61,073 nt of DNA from an uncultured Planctomycetales bacterium (GTDB taxonomy: Bacteria; Planctomycetota; Phycisphaerae; SM23-33; FEN-1343). Within the stretch, counting starts at the first letter, position 1. Every line of letters begins with the position of its first letter. Position numbers and translations under genes: made by a program. The notes under the pieces were generated by a model. It did no database searches. It saw only the letters and a list, made by a program, of their open reading frames with translations, and had not been told where the DNA came from. Of this stretch, positions 36,303 through 45,322 are shown piece by piece. The stretch lies in the NCBI GenBank assembly GCA_964535025.1, contig CAZHRW010000169.1:1-61073 (forward strand), written 5' to 3'.

Positions 36303-38049
36303 GCAGACCAACGCCGCGACCTCCGACCTCGGTGCGACAGCGACCGCGACCGAGCCGTTGCCGCATGCGCAGCCGCTGAGTCGCCGGCGGGTGTGGTTGT
36401 TGTGCGCCGTCACGGCGGCGGGGTGGTCGGTCTGTTTCGCGCCCCTGGACGGGGCGGCTCTCGCCTACGTCATCCTCGCGCCCTGGGCGGTCGCCGTGGC
36501 CGCCGGGCGGGGCAGGACGGCCCTGTGGGCCGGATGGGCGACCGGGCTGGTCGCCGCGATGATCGGCCTGTACTGGCTGACGTGGGTGACCGTGATCGGG
36601 TATCTCGGCGTGGCGATCGTCGTCAGCGGCTTCTGGGCGGTCGGCGCGTGGGTCGTCCGTCGGGCGTGGGCGGCCAAGCTGCCGCTGTTTCTGGTGTTAC
36701 CGGTCGCCTGGGTCGCCCTGGAGTACGGCCGTGCGTGGTTGCTCAGCGGGTTCCCCTGGTTCTTCCTCGGCCACAGCCAGTACCGCTGGCTCGGCTTGAT
36801 CCAGGTGGCCGACGTGACCGGGGTGTACGGCGTGACGTTCATGGTGGCCCTGGTCAACGGCCTGGTCGCCGACGCGGCGCTGGCGGTGTACCGCCGGTCG
36901 GGCGCGCGGCGACGGCTGATCGCCGGGGCTGTCGCCGCGGTCGTGTTGATGGGCGGCCTGCTGGGCTACGGGACGTTTCGCCTGCGGCAGACGCCGCGGA
37001 CCACCACGGCCGGCCCGACCGTGGGCATCGTTCAAAGTGCCGTCCCAATCGACCTTTACACCCCGCGGTCCATCGACTTCGACGAACTGGTCGCCCTGAC
37101 CGCCACGCTGCCGCGGGGCCGGCTCGACCTGGTCGTCTGGCCCGAGACGGTTCTGCCGGCCTCCTTCGACCGCGAATGGAGCACCGGCAAGCGCTGGTCG
37201 GCGCTGGACCCCATGGCCTACGACGGTGAAGACCGCGCGACCATCCGGACGATGCAGGGAATGCATCGCCAGCTCGCCGGACTGCTCAACATGCTCGATG
37301 CCCCCCTGTTGGCCGGCGGCACCACGCTCCGGCGCGATGCAACCGCGGCCGGCGGACGACGGCTGTTCAACTCGGCGCTGCTGATGGCCCCTAACGACGA
37401 AACCCTCGACGTGGTCGGCACATACGACAAGATCCATTGCGTGCCGTTCAGCGAGTACGTGCCCTTCGAGCACGCCGCCCCCCGGCTGCACCGGGCGCTG
37501 CGATGGTTCGTCCCGGACGTCATGCACCAGTCGACGCCGGGCGAGCGGTACACGCGGTTTCACATCGGCACGGGTGAGCGGTCCTGGCCGATCGCCACGG
37601 CAATCTGCTACGAGGGCACCTTCGCCCGCGTCTGCCGTCGCCTGGCCCACGACCGGCGGGGCAAGCGAATCGACGTGCTGGTGAACATCTCCAACGATGG
37701 ATGGTTCATCTGGCCGTTCGGCCAGACCCGCTGGGCGAGCACGGAGCTGGACCAGCACCTGACGGCGTACGTCTTTCGGGCGATCGAGAATCGCGTCCCG
37801 GTCGTCCGTGCGGTCAACACGGGCATCAGCGGCTTCGTCGACTCGACCGGCCGGATCGACCCGGCAACGCTGCAGGGGAAAATGGCAACGGGGACAGCTG
37901 TTCAACAACTCCTTGTGGACAGCCGTCGCAGCCTGTACAGTGTGGTGGGTGATCTTGCCGCGCAGCTTTGCAGTATCGCGGCGGTGGGATTGGGGTCTGT
38001 TCTGTGGTGGCGCGGCCATCGCGCCAAGCGGATGAGGAAGACGACATGA
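36286..38049 (+). CDS. lnt: apolipoprotein N-acyltransferase
   Basis: N-terminal multi-TM region, then a nitrilase-type domain with WPE, YDKIHCVPFSEYVP and AICYEGTF (catalytic Cys). The start is uncertain and overlaps the leuC end. Confidence 0.85.
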   Translation: MARAIEQTNAATSDLGATATATEPLPHAQPLSRRRVWLLCAVTAAGWSVCFAPLDGAALAYVILAPWAVAVAAGRGRTALWAGWATGLVAAMIGLYWLTWVTVIGYLGVAIVVSGFWAVGAWVVRRAWAAKLPLFLVLPVAWVALEYGRAWLLSGFPWFFLGHSQYRWLGLIQVADVTGVYGVTFMVALVNGLVADAALAVYRRSGARRRLIAGAVAAVVLMGGLLGYGTFRLRQTPRTTTAGPTVGIVQSAVPIDLYTPRSIDFDELVALTATLPRGRLDLVVWPETVLPASFDREWSTGKRWSALDPMAYDGEDRATIRTMQGMHRQLAGLLNMLDAPLLAGGTTLRRDATAAGGRRLFNSALLMAPNDETLDVVGTYDKIHCVPFSEYVPFEHAAPRLHRALRWFVPDVMHQSTPGERYTRFHIGTGERSWPIATAICYEGTFARVCRRLAHDRRGKRIDVLVNISNDGWFIWPFGQTRWASTELDQHLTAYVFRAIENRVPVVRAVNTGISGFVDSTGRIDPATLQGKMATGTAVQQLLVDSRRSLYSVVGDLAAQLCSIAAVGLGSVLWWRGHRAKRMRKTT

Positions 38050-39230
38050 CAAGCAAACGAGGTGGGATCCTGGTGGCGGCTTTGGCTTTAGCCACCGTCG
38101 CCTTGGGCGGGTGCGGCCGGCTGGCGGGCGCGCCGGGCCGGATGCAGACCAGTGCGGCCAGCGCCCGCGCGCGGGCCGAGCGGGTCCTTTACAAGGCCGC
38201 GGCCTCGTCCGACGGCCAGTTGCGCGCCCGCGCGGTGGAGTCGCTGGCGATGACCGAAGCTCCCAACGCCGGGCGGATTCTGATGGCCGGTCTGAACGAC
38301 GGGGCCGTCGCGGTGCAGTTCGCCTCGGCGATGGGGATCGGCGACCTAGCCTACGCCCCGGCGATGGAGAAGCTCCAGGCAATGGCCGACGATCCCGACA
38401 CCGACAAGAACGTCCTGTGCGGGGTCATCTACGCTCTGCATCGGCTGGGCGACGACTCGCGGGCGCCGCTGCTGGGCCCGATGCTCTACGATGCCTCGGC
38501 GGAGGTGCGGGCCAACTCGGCCATGGCGATGGGCAAGTTCGGCTCCGACGCGGCGATCGGCCCGCTGAGCAGCCGCATGGACGTCGAACGTAACCGCGGC
38601 GTCCGCCTGCAGATCGCCGAGAGTCTCGCCAAGCTCGGTGACGAGCGCAGCTACGGGATCCTGATGAACTTCGCCCACATCGGCGAGCCCCACGAACGGA
38701 TGGCCGCCGTGGCCGCCCTCGGGCGGGCCGGGGGCCCGCGGGCCAAGCACGCGGTCCTCTGGGCGATCGACGAGACCCAGCCGCCGCTGTTGCGGCTGGT
38801 GGCTGGCGGCGCGCTGGGCCAGTTGGGCGACAGCCGGGCCTACTGGATGCTCCTCAGCGCGATCGAGGACCCCGAGGGCTTCTCGCAGCTCTCCTCGGAC
38901 AAGCCGGTATCGCTCTCGGTCGAGAACGTCCAGCAATTGCAGTCAGTTGCTTCACTTGCGCTGGGCCATGTGGGCGAGACGGCCGCGGTGGACGTCCTGA
39001 CCGACCTGCTGGACAGCCCCAATCCGACCGTGGCGGTTTCGGCGGCGCAGAGCATCCTGATGCTCCTGTCGCAGACGCCCCAGGCGACGGCGGCCGCGGC
39101 CCAGCCGCCGGCCGTGCACGTCCAGGCGGCGGACGATGCCGTCGCCGAGGCGCCGGCCGACGACGAGGCCGACGCGTCGCCGGCGACGCAGCCGGCGCCG
39201 GCCATGCGGACGGCCCCGATGCGGGACTGA
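38046..39230 (+). CDS. HEAT-repeat lipoprotein
   Basis: ATGA overlap with lnt. Lipobox LGGCG, then repeated ..VR.A.A.ALG..GD..A...L.. HEAT/PBS-lyase-like units. Confidence 0.75.
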   Translation: MTSKRGGILVAALALATVALGGCGRLAGAPGRMQTSAASARARAERVLYKAAASSDGQLRARAVESLAMTEAPNAGRILMAGLNDGAVAVQFASAMGIGDLAYAPAMEKLQAMADDPDTDKNVLCGVIYALHRLGDDSRAPLLGPMLYDASAEVRANSAMAMGKFGSDAAIGPLSSRMDVERNRGVRLQIAESLAKLGDERSYGILMNFAHIGEPHERMAAVAALGRAGGPRAKHAVLWAIDETQPPLLRLVAGGALGQLGDSRAYWMLLSAIEDPEGFSQLSSDKPVSLSVENVQQLQSVASLALGHVGETAAVDVLTDLLDSPNPTVAVSAAQSILMLLSQTPQATAAAAQPPAVHVQAADDAVAEAPADDEADASPATQPAPAMRTAPMRD

Positions 39231-39330
39231 GAACGACAGCAGGAGGCTACGGGCTGCAGGGCTCGGCGTGGCCCCCAAGGCCCAGCTTTCGGGCCTCCAT
39301 GCCCGGGCGGTTTTCGCCGGTCAAAAATGC

Positions 39331-39358
39331 TTGACTTGCGCATCGGCGATCCTACAAT
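39331..39358 (+). promoter_or_regulatory. candidate sigma70 promoter ahead of the coiled-coil/mre gene block
   Basis: TTGACT (39331-39336), 16 nt, TACAAT (39353-39358). Confidence 0.5.
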
Positions 39359-39481
39359 CGACAGAGCCGAACGCGGGTGCGGGTCGTCTGTTCGTTGTTC
39401 CCGCCTGGGTTGGACGTGCCCGCCACGGTAGGGTTGCTTGACGAACCGGCCTCGGCTGAGTGCCCCCAAAGGAGTAGGCTG

Positions 39482-40336
39482 TTGAATACCTTGACAAAAA
39501 TCCTCATCGTAGCCTTGTCCCTCCTGTGCATCATGGCATCGGTGCTGTTCATCCAGTACTCCGTGGGCCAGCCCAACTACAAGCAGGCCTTCGAGACCCA
39601 ACGGGAGCGGACGGCCGTCGCCGAAGCGAAGACCAGCGAGCAGATCCAGGTGGCCAACCAGGCCAAGCTGGACCGGGAGGAGGCGGTGGCCCAACTGAAC
39701 CAGAGCCAGCGGGACGCCTCCCGGCAGATCGCCGTGCTGAACGCCGAAAACGATCGGCTGGAGGCCGAGAACGAGCGGCTGGTCAGCCAGCACGAGACCC
39801 TCTCGGCCAACCTGGTCGGCCTGCGGGCGTCCGTCGACCAGCAGACGAAGATGAACACCCTGCTCACCCAGCAACTGGATGATCGCAACGAGACCGTCCA
39901 GGTCCTGACCGATCAGCATCGTCGCACCACGCTGCAGGCCCAGGAACTGGCCCGCGACCTGGAGACGGCCCGCCAGAATGTCGCCGTCAAGGCCGGGCTG
40001 CTGGCCCAGGCCGAGAGCAAGATCCTCGAACTGGAGCAGCGGCTCGCCCAGGCGGGCACCGGCCTGGCGCTGGACGAAGCGGCCCCGGTGCCGACGACCG
40101 CCATCAGCGGCCGCGTCACCGCCGTCGACGCCGCCCACCAGGTGGCCCAGTTGAACGTCGGGTCGGCCGACGGGGTGCAGGAAGGCATGCGGTTCATCCT
40201 CTATCGCGGGGACGATTTCATCGGCGAACTGGAAGTCGCCGAGGTGGAACCCAACAACTGCGCCGGCCTGCTCAGCAAGGTTCAGGTGCAGCCCCAGGCT
40301 CGCGACAGGGCCACCACGAACCTGGACGTGGACTAG
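39482..40336 (+). CDS. membrane-anchored coiled-coil protein, function unknown
   Basis: AAAGGAG RBS, then a TTG start. N-terminal TM (ILIVALSLLCIMASVLFI), about 190 aa of heptad-like Q/E/L/R-rich sequence, and a C-terminal beta-rich module (GRVTAVDAAHQVAQLNVGSADGVQEGMRFILYR). Confidence 0.6.
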   Translation: MNTLTKILIVALSLLCIMASVLFIQYSVGQPNYKQAFETQRERTAVAEAKTSEQIQVANQAKLDREEAVAQLNQSQRDASRQIAVLNAENDRLEAENERLVSQHETLSANLVGLRASVDQQTKMNTLLTQQLDDRNETVQVLTDQHRRTTLQAQELARDLETARQNVAVKAGLLAQAESKILELEQRLAQAGTGLALDEAAPVPTTAISGRVTAVDAAHQVAQLNVGSADGVQEGMRFILYRGDDFIGELEVAEVEPNNCAGLLSKVQVQPQARDRATTNLDVD

Positions 40337-40355
40337 AGCGGAAAGGAGTTCACCC

Positions 40356-40541
40356 ATGAGCAGAGTTCCCGGAACTCCTGGCGGCCCCGTGGTCAAGGCC
40401 GAGCCGGACGTGTACACTGTCTTGCTGATGGTCGCGGTGCTGTTCATGCTGACCGCGTGCATTACCGTGTTCGTGACCCTCACGAAGGACTACGGCTTCA
40501 CAGTCGGGCAGTTGTTCAAGAACCTGAACGTGCCGAGCTGA
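40356..40541 (+). CDS. small single-TM protein (61 aa)
   Basis: GAAAGGAG RBS 7 nt upstream of the ATG. Contains the hydrophobic helix VYTVLLMVAVLFMLTACITVFV. Confidence 0.55.
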   Translation: MSRVPGTPGGPVVKAEPDVYTVLLMVAVLFMLTACITVFVTLTKDYGFTVGQLFKNLNVPS

Positions 40542-40653
40542 ATCGCCACCCCACCGGCGCGGGCGGTCGGTCGCGCCCGTCGGGGGAGGCGCCCATCAAC
40601 AGGCCCGGCGGCGGGCCGCGTGGCTTCGCCCATTGCGCTGGAGACACAGGGTC

Positions 40654-41712
40654 GTGATTCTCAATTCCATTCTAGGGCTGTTCTCCGCCGACATGGGGAT
40701 CGACCTGGGCACGTGCAACACCCTGGTCTGTGTGCGCGGTCAGGGCATCATGCTCAATGAACCCAGCGTGGTGGCGGTGCGCCGGGGCACGAATGTGGTG
40801 CTCCAGAACGGCAACGCCGTCGGCCTCGTGGCCAAGGAGATGCTCGGTAAGACGCCCGGGTCGATCACGGCGATCCGGCCGCTGAAGGACGGGGTCATCG
40901 CCGATTTCGACATCACCGAGGCGATGCTCAACTACTTCATTCGCAAGGTGCATGGCGGCCGTCTGGCGAGCTTCCGGCGGCCGCGAGTGGTTATTTCCGT
41001 CCCGTCGGGCATCACGGCGGTGGAAAAGCGTGCGGTGCTCAACTCGGCCGAGCGGGCCGGGGCGCGGCGGGTGTACCTCGTCGACGAGCCCAAGGCCGCC
41101 GGCATCGGCGCCGGACTGCCGTTCGCCGAGCCGACCGCCAGCATGATCGTCGACGTCGGCGGCGGGACCACCGAGGTGGCCATCATGTCGCTGGCCGACA
41201 TCAGCGTCTGCGAATCGATCCGCGTCGCCGGCGACGACATGGACGAGGCGATCGCCAACCACCTCAAGCGCACCTACAATCTCATGGTCGGCGAGCAGAC
41301 CGCCGAGCGGATCAAGATCGAAATCGGCTCGGCCGCTCCGCTGGAGACCGAGCTGACCCTCGAGGTCCGCGGGCGGGACATGATCAGCGGCCTGCCCCGC
41401 AAGACGATGATCTCCTCCGAAGAGGTCCGCGAGGCGCTCAAGGAGCCCATCGGGGCGATCATCGACACCGTCACCCGCACGCTGGAGAAGGCCGAGCCCG
41501 AACTGGCAGCCGACCTGGTCGACAACGGCATCGTCCTGGCCGGCGGCGGCGCGCTGGTGCGGGGCATGAGCACCGTCCTGGGCAACGCCACCGGCCTGGA
41601 ATGCCGTCTCGCCGACGACCCGCTCACCTGCGTCGCCCGCGGCACCGCGATCTACCTGGAAAACCTGGAAACCTGGAAAGAGACCATGGAATCCGATCGC
41701 GACCAGTTCTGA
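40654..41712 (+). CDS. mreB: rod shape-determining protein MreB
   Basis: LGLFSADMGIDLGTCNTLV, an actin-fold phosphate motif, and DVGGGTTEVAI. I prefer the GTG at 40654 (GGAGA upstream); the ORF opens with TTG at 40633. Confidence 0.95.
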   Translation: MILNSILGLFSADMGIDLGTCNTLVCVRGQGIMLNEPSVVAVRRGTNVVLQNGNAVGLVAKEMLGKTPGSITAIRPLKDGVIADFDITEAMLNYFIRKVHGGRLASFRRPRVVISVPSGITAVEKRAVLNSAERAGARRVYLVDEPKAAGIGAGLPFAEPTASMIVDVGGGTTEVAIMSLADISVCESIRVAGDDMDEAIANHLKRTYNLMVGEQTAERIKIEIGSAAPLETELTLEVRGRDMISGLPRKTMISSEEVREALKEPIGAIIDTVTRTLEKAEPELAADLVDNGIVLAGGGALVRGMSTVLGNATGLECRLADDPLTCVARGTAIYLENLETWKETMESDRDQF

Positions 41713-41793
41713 CGGCAGAAACAACAGTCCCCTCGTCTCGTTTCCTTCGCTTCCCATCTGCAATCGCCACCGCTTATTCTGTATCATGCGGCT

Positions 41794-42804
41794 ATGCGGC
41801 GCAAGCGGTTGACAGATCATCATGTGCTCCAGGGGCTGCTGGCCCTGTCGGTCGTGTCGTGTTTCGCCCTGCCGCGGGGGCCGGACCGGCCGCGGGAGCT
41901 GCTGGCGCCGCTGCTGGCGCCGATCAGCCACAGCGGGCTCTATGTCTGCGACGCGATCGGCCGCAACATCGGCGATCTGCTCCACGACGACTGCGACACG
42001 CAGACCGTCCGGGAGATCCTTCGGGCCAACGGTCCCCTTCGCGATCACCTGCTGGCGGAGATGGACCGGTCGACGAGGCGCCGGCTGGCGGTCTGCGAAC
42101 AGATGATCGCCGACCAGCAGCAGCAGCTCAACGCGGTCCGCCGCACACGCGGGATGCTCGGCGAGACCTTCCCCTGCAAGCTCCTGCCCGCCACCGTCAT
42201 CGGCGAAGGCGCCACTGTCTGGGACGATGCGGCGCTGCTTCGCACGTCGTCGCGACCGACGCCCGGCGCGCCGGTCACCACGCGGGGGCTGCTGATCAAC
42301 CGCCCGACGGCGATCCCCGAGAACGTCGCGGCCCTGAGCGAATCGGCCCTTGTCGGGCGGATCGTCTCCAGCGGGGCGTGGACGGCCCACCTGCAGTTGA
42401 TCACCGACCCGGACTTCAGCGCCCGCGGGCTGGTCGTCCGCCTGTTCTACCCGGACCGCCAACGGCTGATCACCGTCGAACAGCCCGAGGGCGAGCGCAC
42501 GCTGATGGTCCGGCGGCCGCTGCAGCGGAGCGATGAGCCGATCCCGGTCAGTTTGTTCGGCCGCCGCCACGACCTGGTGACGGCGGCCGTCCCGGCCCGA
42601 CACGGCATCGAGCCGGGCGACTGGGTGATCACCAGCGGCCGCGACGGGTTCCTGCCCATGAACATTCGCATCGGCACGGTGCGCACCGTCGAGCCGGTGG
42701 CCGACAGCCCCAAGCACGTCCGGCTGCGAATCGACCCGGAGGCGGACCTCGAGGACCTGCGGCGGGTGACGATCGTCCAGCCGTTGGCCAGGGAGGGCCG
42801 GTAA
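41794..42804 (+). CDS. mreC: rod shape-determining protein MreC
   Basis: N-terminal TM, a coiled segment, and a beta domain with ALVGRIVSSGAWTAHLQLITDPDF. It sits between mreB and mreD. Confidence 0.85.
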   Translation: MRRKRLTDHHVLQGLLALSVVSCFALPRGPDRPRELLAPLLAPISHSGLYVCDAIGRNIGDLLHDDCDTQTVREILRANGPLRDHLLAEMDRSTRRRLAVCEQMIADQQQQLNAVRRTRGMLGETFPCKLLPATVIGEGATVWDDAALLRTSSRPTPGAPVTTRGLLINRPTAIPENVAALSESALVGRIVSSGAWTAHLQLITDPDFSARGLVVRLFYPDRQRLITVEQPEGERTLMVRRPLQRSDEPIPVSLFGRRHDLVTAAVPARHGIEPGDWVITSGRDGFLPMNIRIGTVRTVEPVADSPKHVRLRIDPEADLEDLRRVTIVQPLAREGR

Positions 42805-42806
42805 CG

Positions 42807-43337
42807 ATGCGGTGGCTGCCGTTCGGCATCCTGGTGGTGGTGGTTCTGGCGCTGCAGGTCTCGGTGGCGGCGGCGGTGCGGATTCCGGTCGGGCGCGGGG
42901 GGTTGGTGATCGGCGTCGACCTGCCGGCGATCCTGGCGGTGCTGGTCGCCCTGCGGACCCGCAACGCCACGGACGCCGCCCTGGCCGGGTGGGTTCTCGG
43001 GCTGTCGGTCGACCTGGCCGTCACCGGCGTGCCGCTCGGGCTGCACGCCGTGACGTTCGCGATGGCGGCCGGGCTGATCTGCCAGATCCGCCCGGCGGTG
43101 TTCACCGACAGCCTCCTCACCCAGGCGCTGCTGGTGGGCGGTTTCTGCCTGATCGCCCATGGGCCGGCACGGCTGTTCGTGAACCTCTACGTCCGCCCGG
43201 AGGCCGTCCACCTCGGGTCGGACCTGCTCCAGGTCTTGCTCGTCGCGACGGGCACGGGCGCCGTCGCCCCGGCCGTCCTGGCCGCCGGCAAGCGGACCGA
43301 CTGGCTGATCATGGACCAGCCGTCCTGGCGGCGATAG
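42807..43337 (+). CDS. mreD: rod shape-determining protein MreD
   Basis: 176-aa polytopic hydrophobic protein immediately after mreC. Confidence 0.72.
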   Translation: MRWLPFGILVVVVLALQVSVAAAVRIPVGRGGLVIGVDLPAILAVLVALRTRNATDAALAGWVLGLSVDLAVTGVPLGLHAVTFAMAAGLICQIRPAVFTDSLLTQALLVGGFCLIAHGPARLFVNLYVRPEAVHLGSDLLQVLLVATGTGAVAPAVLAAGKRTDWLIMDQPSWRR

Positions 43338-43376
43338 CCGACGCGAGGGAAACACGCTTTTGACAGACGGAGCGGC

Positions 43377-45320
43377 ATGTTCAAGCGGCGACTGATCGTG
43401 TTCCTGGCCCTGGTGGGGCTCGGCCTGGTGATCAACCTGGCGCGGCTGGCCCAGTTGCAGCTGGTCCGGGGTGCCGACTACGCGCGGCGGGTCGAGCAGC
43501 GGATGGTCCGCCGGCGGCTACTCCAGGCCCACCGCGGGGATATCGTCGACCGCCACGGGCGGATCCTCGCCACCGACCGGGCGTGCTTCGCCCTGCAGGT
43601 GGAGTACCGCGTGCTGCTGCTGGACCAGATCCGCCGCCGGTGTGCCGCGTTGATGCGCGACGGGCACGGCGAGGCGGCGGCAATGCGGCGGGTCGAGGCG
43701 GACCTGGCCCCCACCGGCGAGGCGAAGCTCCTGGCGCGCTGGATCCGCCGCTACGGGCGACGCCACGACCTGTCGCAGGCCGAGGCCCGAAGTCGGCTGA
43801 GCGAACAGGCCGCCCGGACCCTCGACCGCGCCGCCGAGTTGGCCGGACGGCCCCGCGCCGACATCGACCGCGCCGCCGACGCGATCATCGGCCGCACGCA
43901 GCGGATCCGCCTGGCCGTCGGCTCGCTGGTGGCCGAGCAGACCCAGTCGCACGTCGTACTCAACGGCCTCGACGAGCAGGCGGCGGTCACCGGCCGGGGC
44001 GAGCTGGCGGAGATGATCGGCGCGTCGGTCGTCGCGTCGACCCAGCGGTGGTACCCCTACGGGCCGATCGCCTGCCACGTGATCGGGCGTACGGGCCGGG
44101 TCGACGCCGAGACCCTGCGGACCGACCCCCACGCCGACGACCCGCTGCTGGGCTACCTGCCGGCCGAGACCGCCGGCGTGGCGGGGGTCGAGAAGCTCTG
44201 CGAGCCGGTCCTGCGGGGCGTTCGCGGCAGCCAGGCGGTGCGGCGCGGCGAGCAGCTCACGCGCACGCCCCCCACCGGCGGCCGGACGGTCCACCTGACG
44301 CTCGACATCGAGTTGCAGCAACGCCTCACCGACCTGCTGAGCGGCCAGCCTTACCACGGCGCCGCCGTCGTGCTCCACGTGCCGACCGGCGAGATCCTGG
44401 CGCTGGTCAGCACGCCGACGTACGATCTGAACCGCTACGAGCGGGACTTCCCGTCGCTGGTGGCCGACAAGGCCAATCTTCCGCTGCTCCACCGCGCCAT
44501 CGCCTGCAGCTATCCGCCCGGGTCGACGGTCAAGCCGCTGACGGCCCTGGCGGGCCTGTCCGAAGGGGTGATCTCCCCCTCGACGACCTTCCTGTGCCGG
44601 GGTCGGGCCGACCCGCGCCGTCCCCGGTGCTGGTCGTCGGTCGGCCACGGCTCGCTGGCGCTGTCGGAGGCGATCATGCACAGTTGCAACGCCTACTTCG
44701 CCCGCACCGCCGACAAGCTCGGCTACGAGCGGATTATCGCCTGGATGCGCCGCTTCGGCATCGGCGAACCGGCCGGCACGGGCCTGGCCGGCGAAGCCCC
44801 GGGCCTGGCGCCGGGGCCGGCGTGGGTGCGCGACCATTACGAGCGGCCGATCTACCCCGGCGACGCGCGGGCGACCGCCATCGGCCAGGGCTACCTGGAG
44901 GCCACGCCCCTCCAGGTCGCCAACGCCACCGCCACGATCGCCCGCAACGGGCTGTGGGTTTCGCCCCTGCTCGTGTTCGGCCGCGAAGACCGCCAAGTCC
45001 GCCGCCAACTGCCCGTCAAGGCCGAGCACGTCGCGGTGGTCCGCGAGGGGATGTGCCGCGTGATCAACGACCCGGCCAGCCAGACCGGCTACAGCCACGC
45101 CCGACGGCTCGGGGCGGTCATGTGCGGCAAGACGGGCACCGCCCAGACCGGACGGCCGGACCGGAACATGGCCTGGTTCACCGGGTTCGCCCCGCGGAGC
45201 GACCCGCGGATCGCCTTCGCGTTCGTGATGGAAAACACCCCCGAGGGCGGGGCCGACTACATCCCCCTGGCCGAGACGATGATCGACTGGTGCGAGGAGT
45301 TGGGCTACTTCGACGAGTGA
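43377..45320 (+). CDS. mrdA: penicillin-binding protein 2 (elongasome transpeptidase)
   Basis: N-terminal anchor, and the SxxK (GSTVKP), SxN (HSCN) and KTG (KTGTA) motifs. Confidence 0.93.
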   Translation: MFKRRLIVFLALVGLGLVINLARLAQLQLVRGADYARRVEQRMVRRRLLQAHRGDIVDRHGRILATDRACFALQVEYRVLLLDQIRRRCAALMRDGHGEAAAMRRVEADLAPTGEAKLLARWIRRYGRRHDLSQAEARSRLSEQAARTLDRAAELAGRPRADIDRAADAIIGRTQRIRLAVGSLVAEQTQSHVVLNGLDEQAAVTGRGELAEMIGASVVASTQRWYPYGPIACHVIGRTGRVDAETLRTDPHADDPLLGYLPAETAGVAGVEKLCEPVLRGVRGSQAVRRGEQLTRTPPTGGRTVHLTLDIELQQRLTDLLSGQPYHGAAVVLHVPTGEILALVSTPTYDLNRYERDFPSLVADKANLPLLHRAIACSYPPGSTVKPLTALAGLSEGVISPSTTFLCRGRADPRRPRCWSSVGHGSLALSEAIMHSCNAYFARTADKLGYERIIAWMRRFGIGEPAGTGLAGEAPGLAPGPAWVRDHYERPIYPGDARATAIGQGYLEATPLQVANATATIARNGLWVSPLLVFGREDRQVRRQLPVKAEHVAVVREGMCRVINDPASQTGYSHARRLGAVMCGKTGTAQTGRPDRNMAWFTGFAPRSDPRIAFAFVMENTPEGGADYIPLAETMIDWCEELGYFDE

Positions 45321-45322
45321 CC

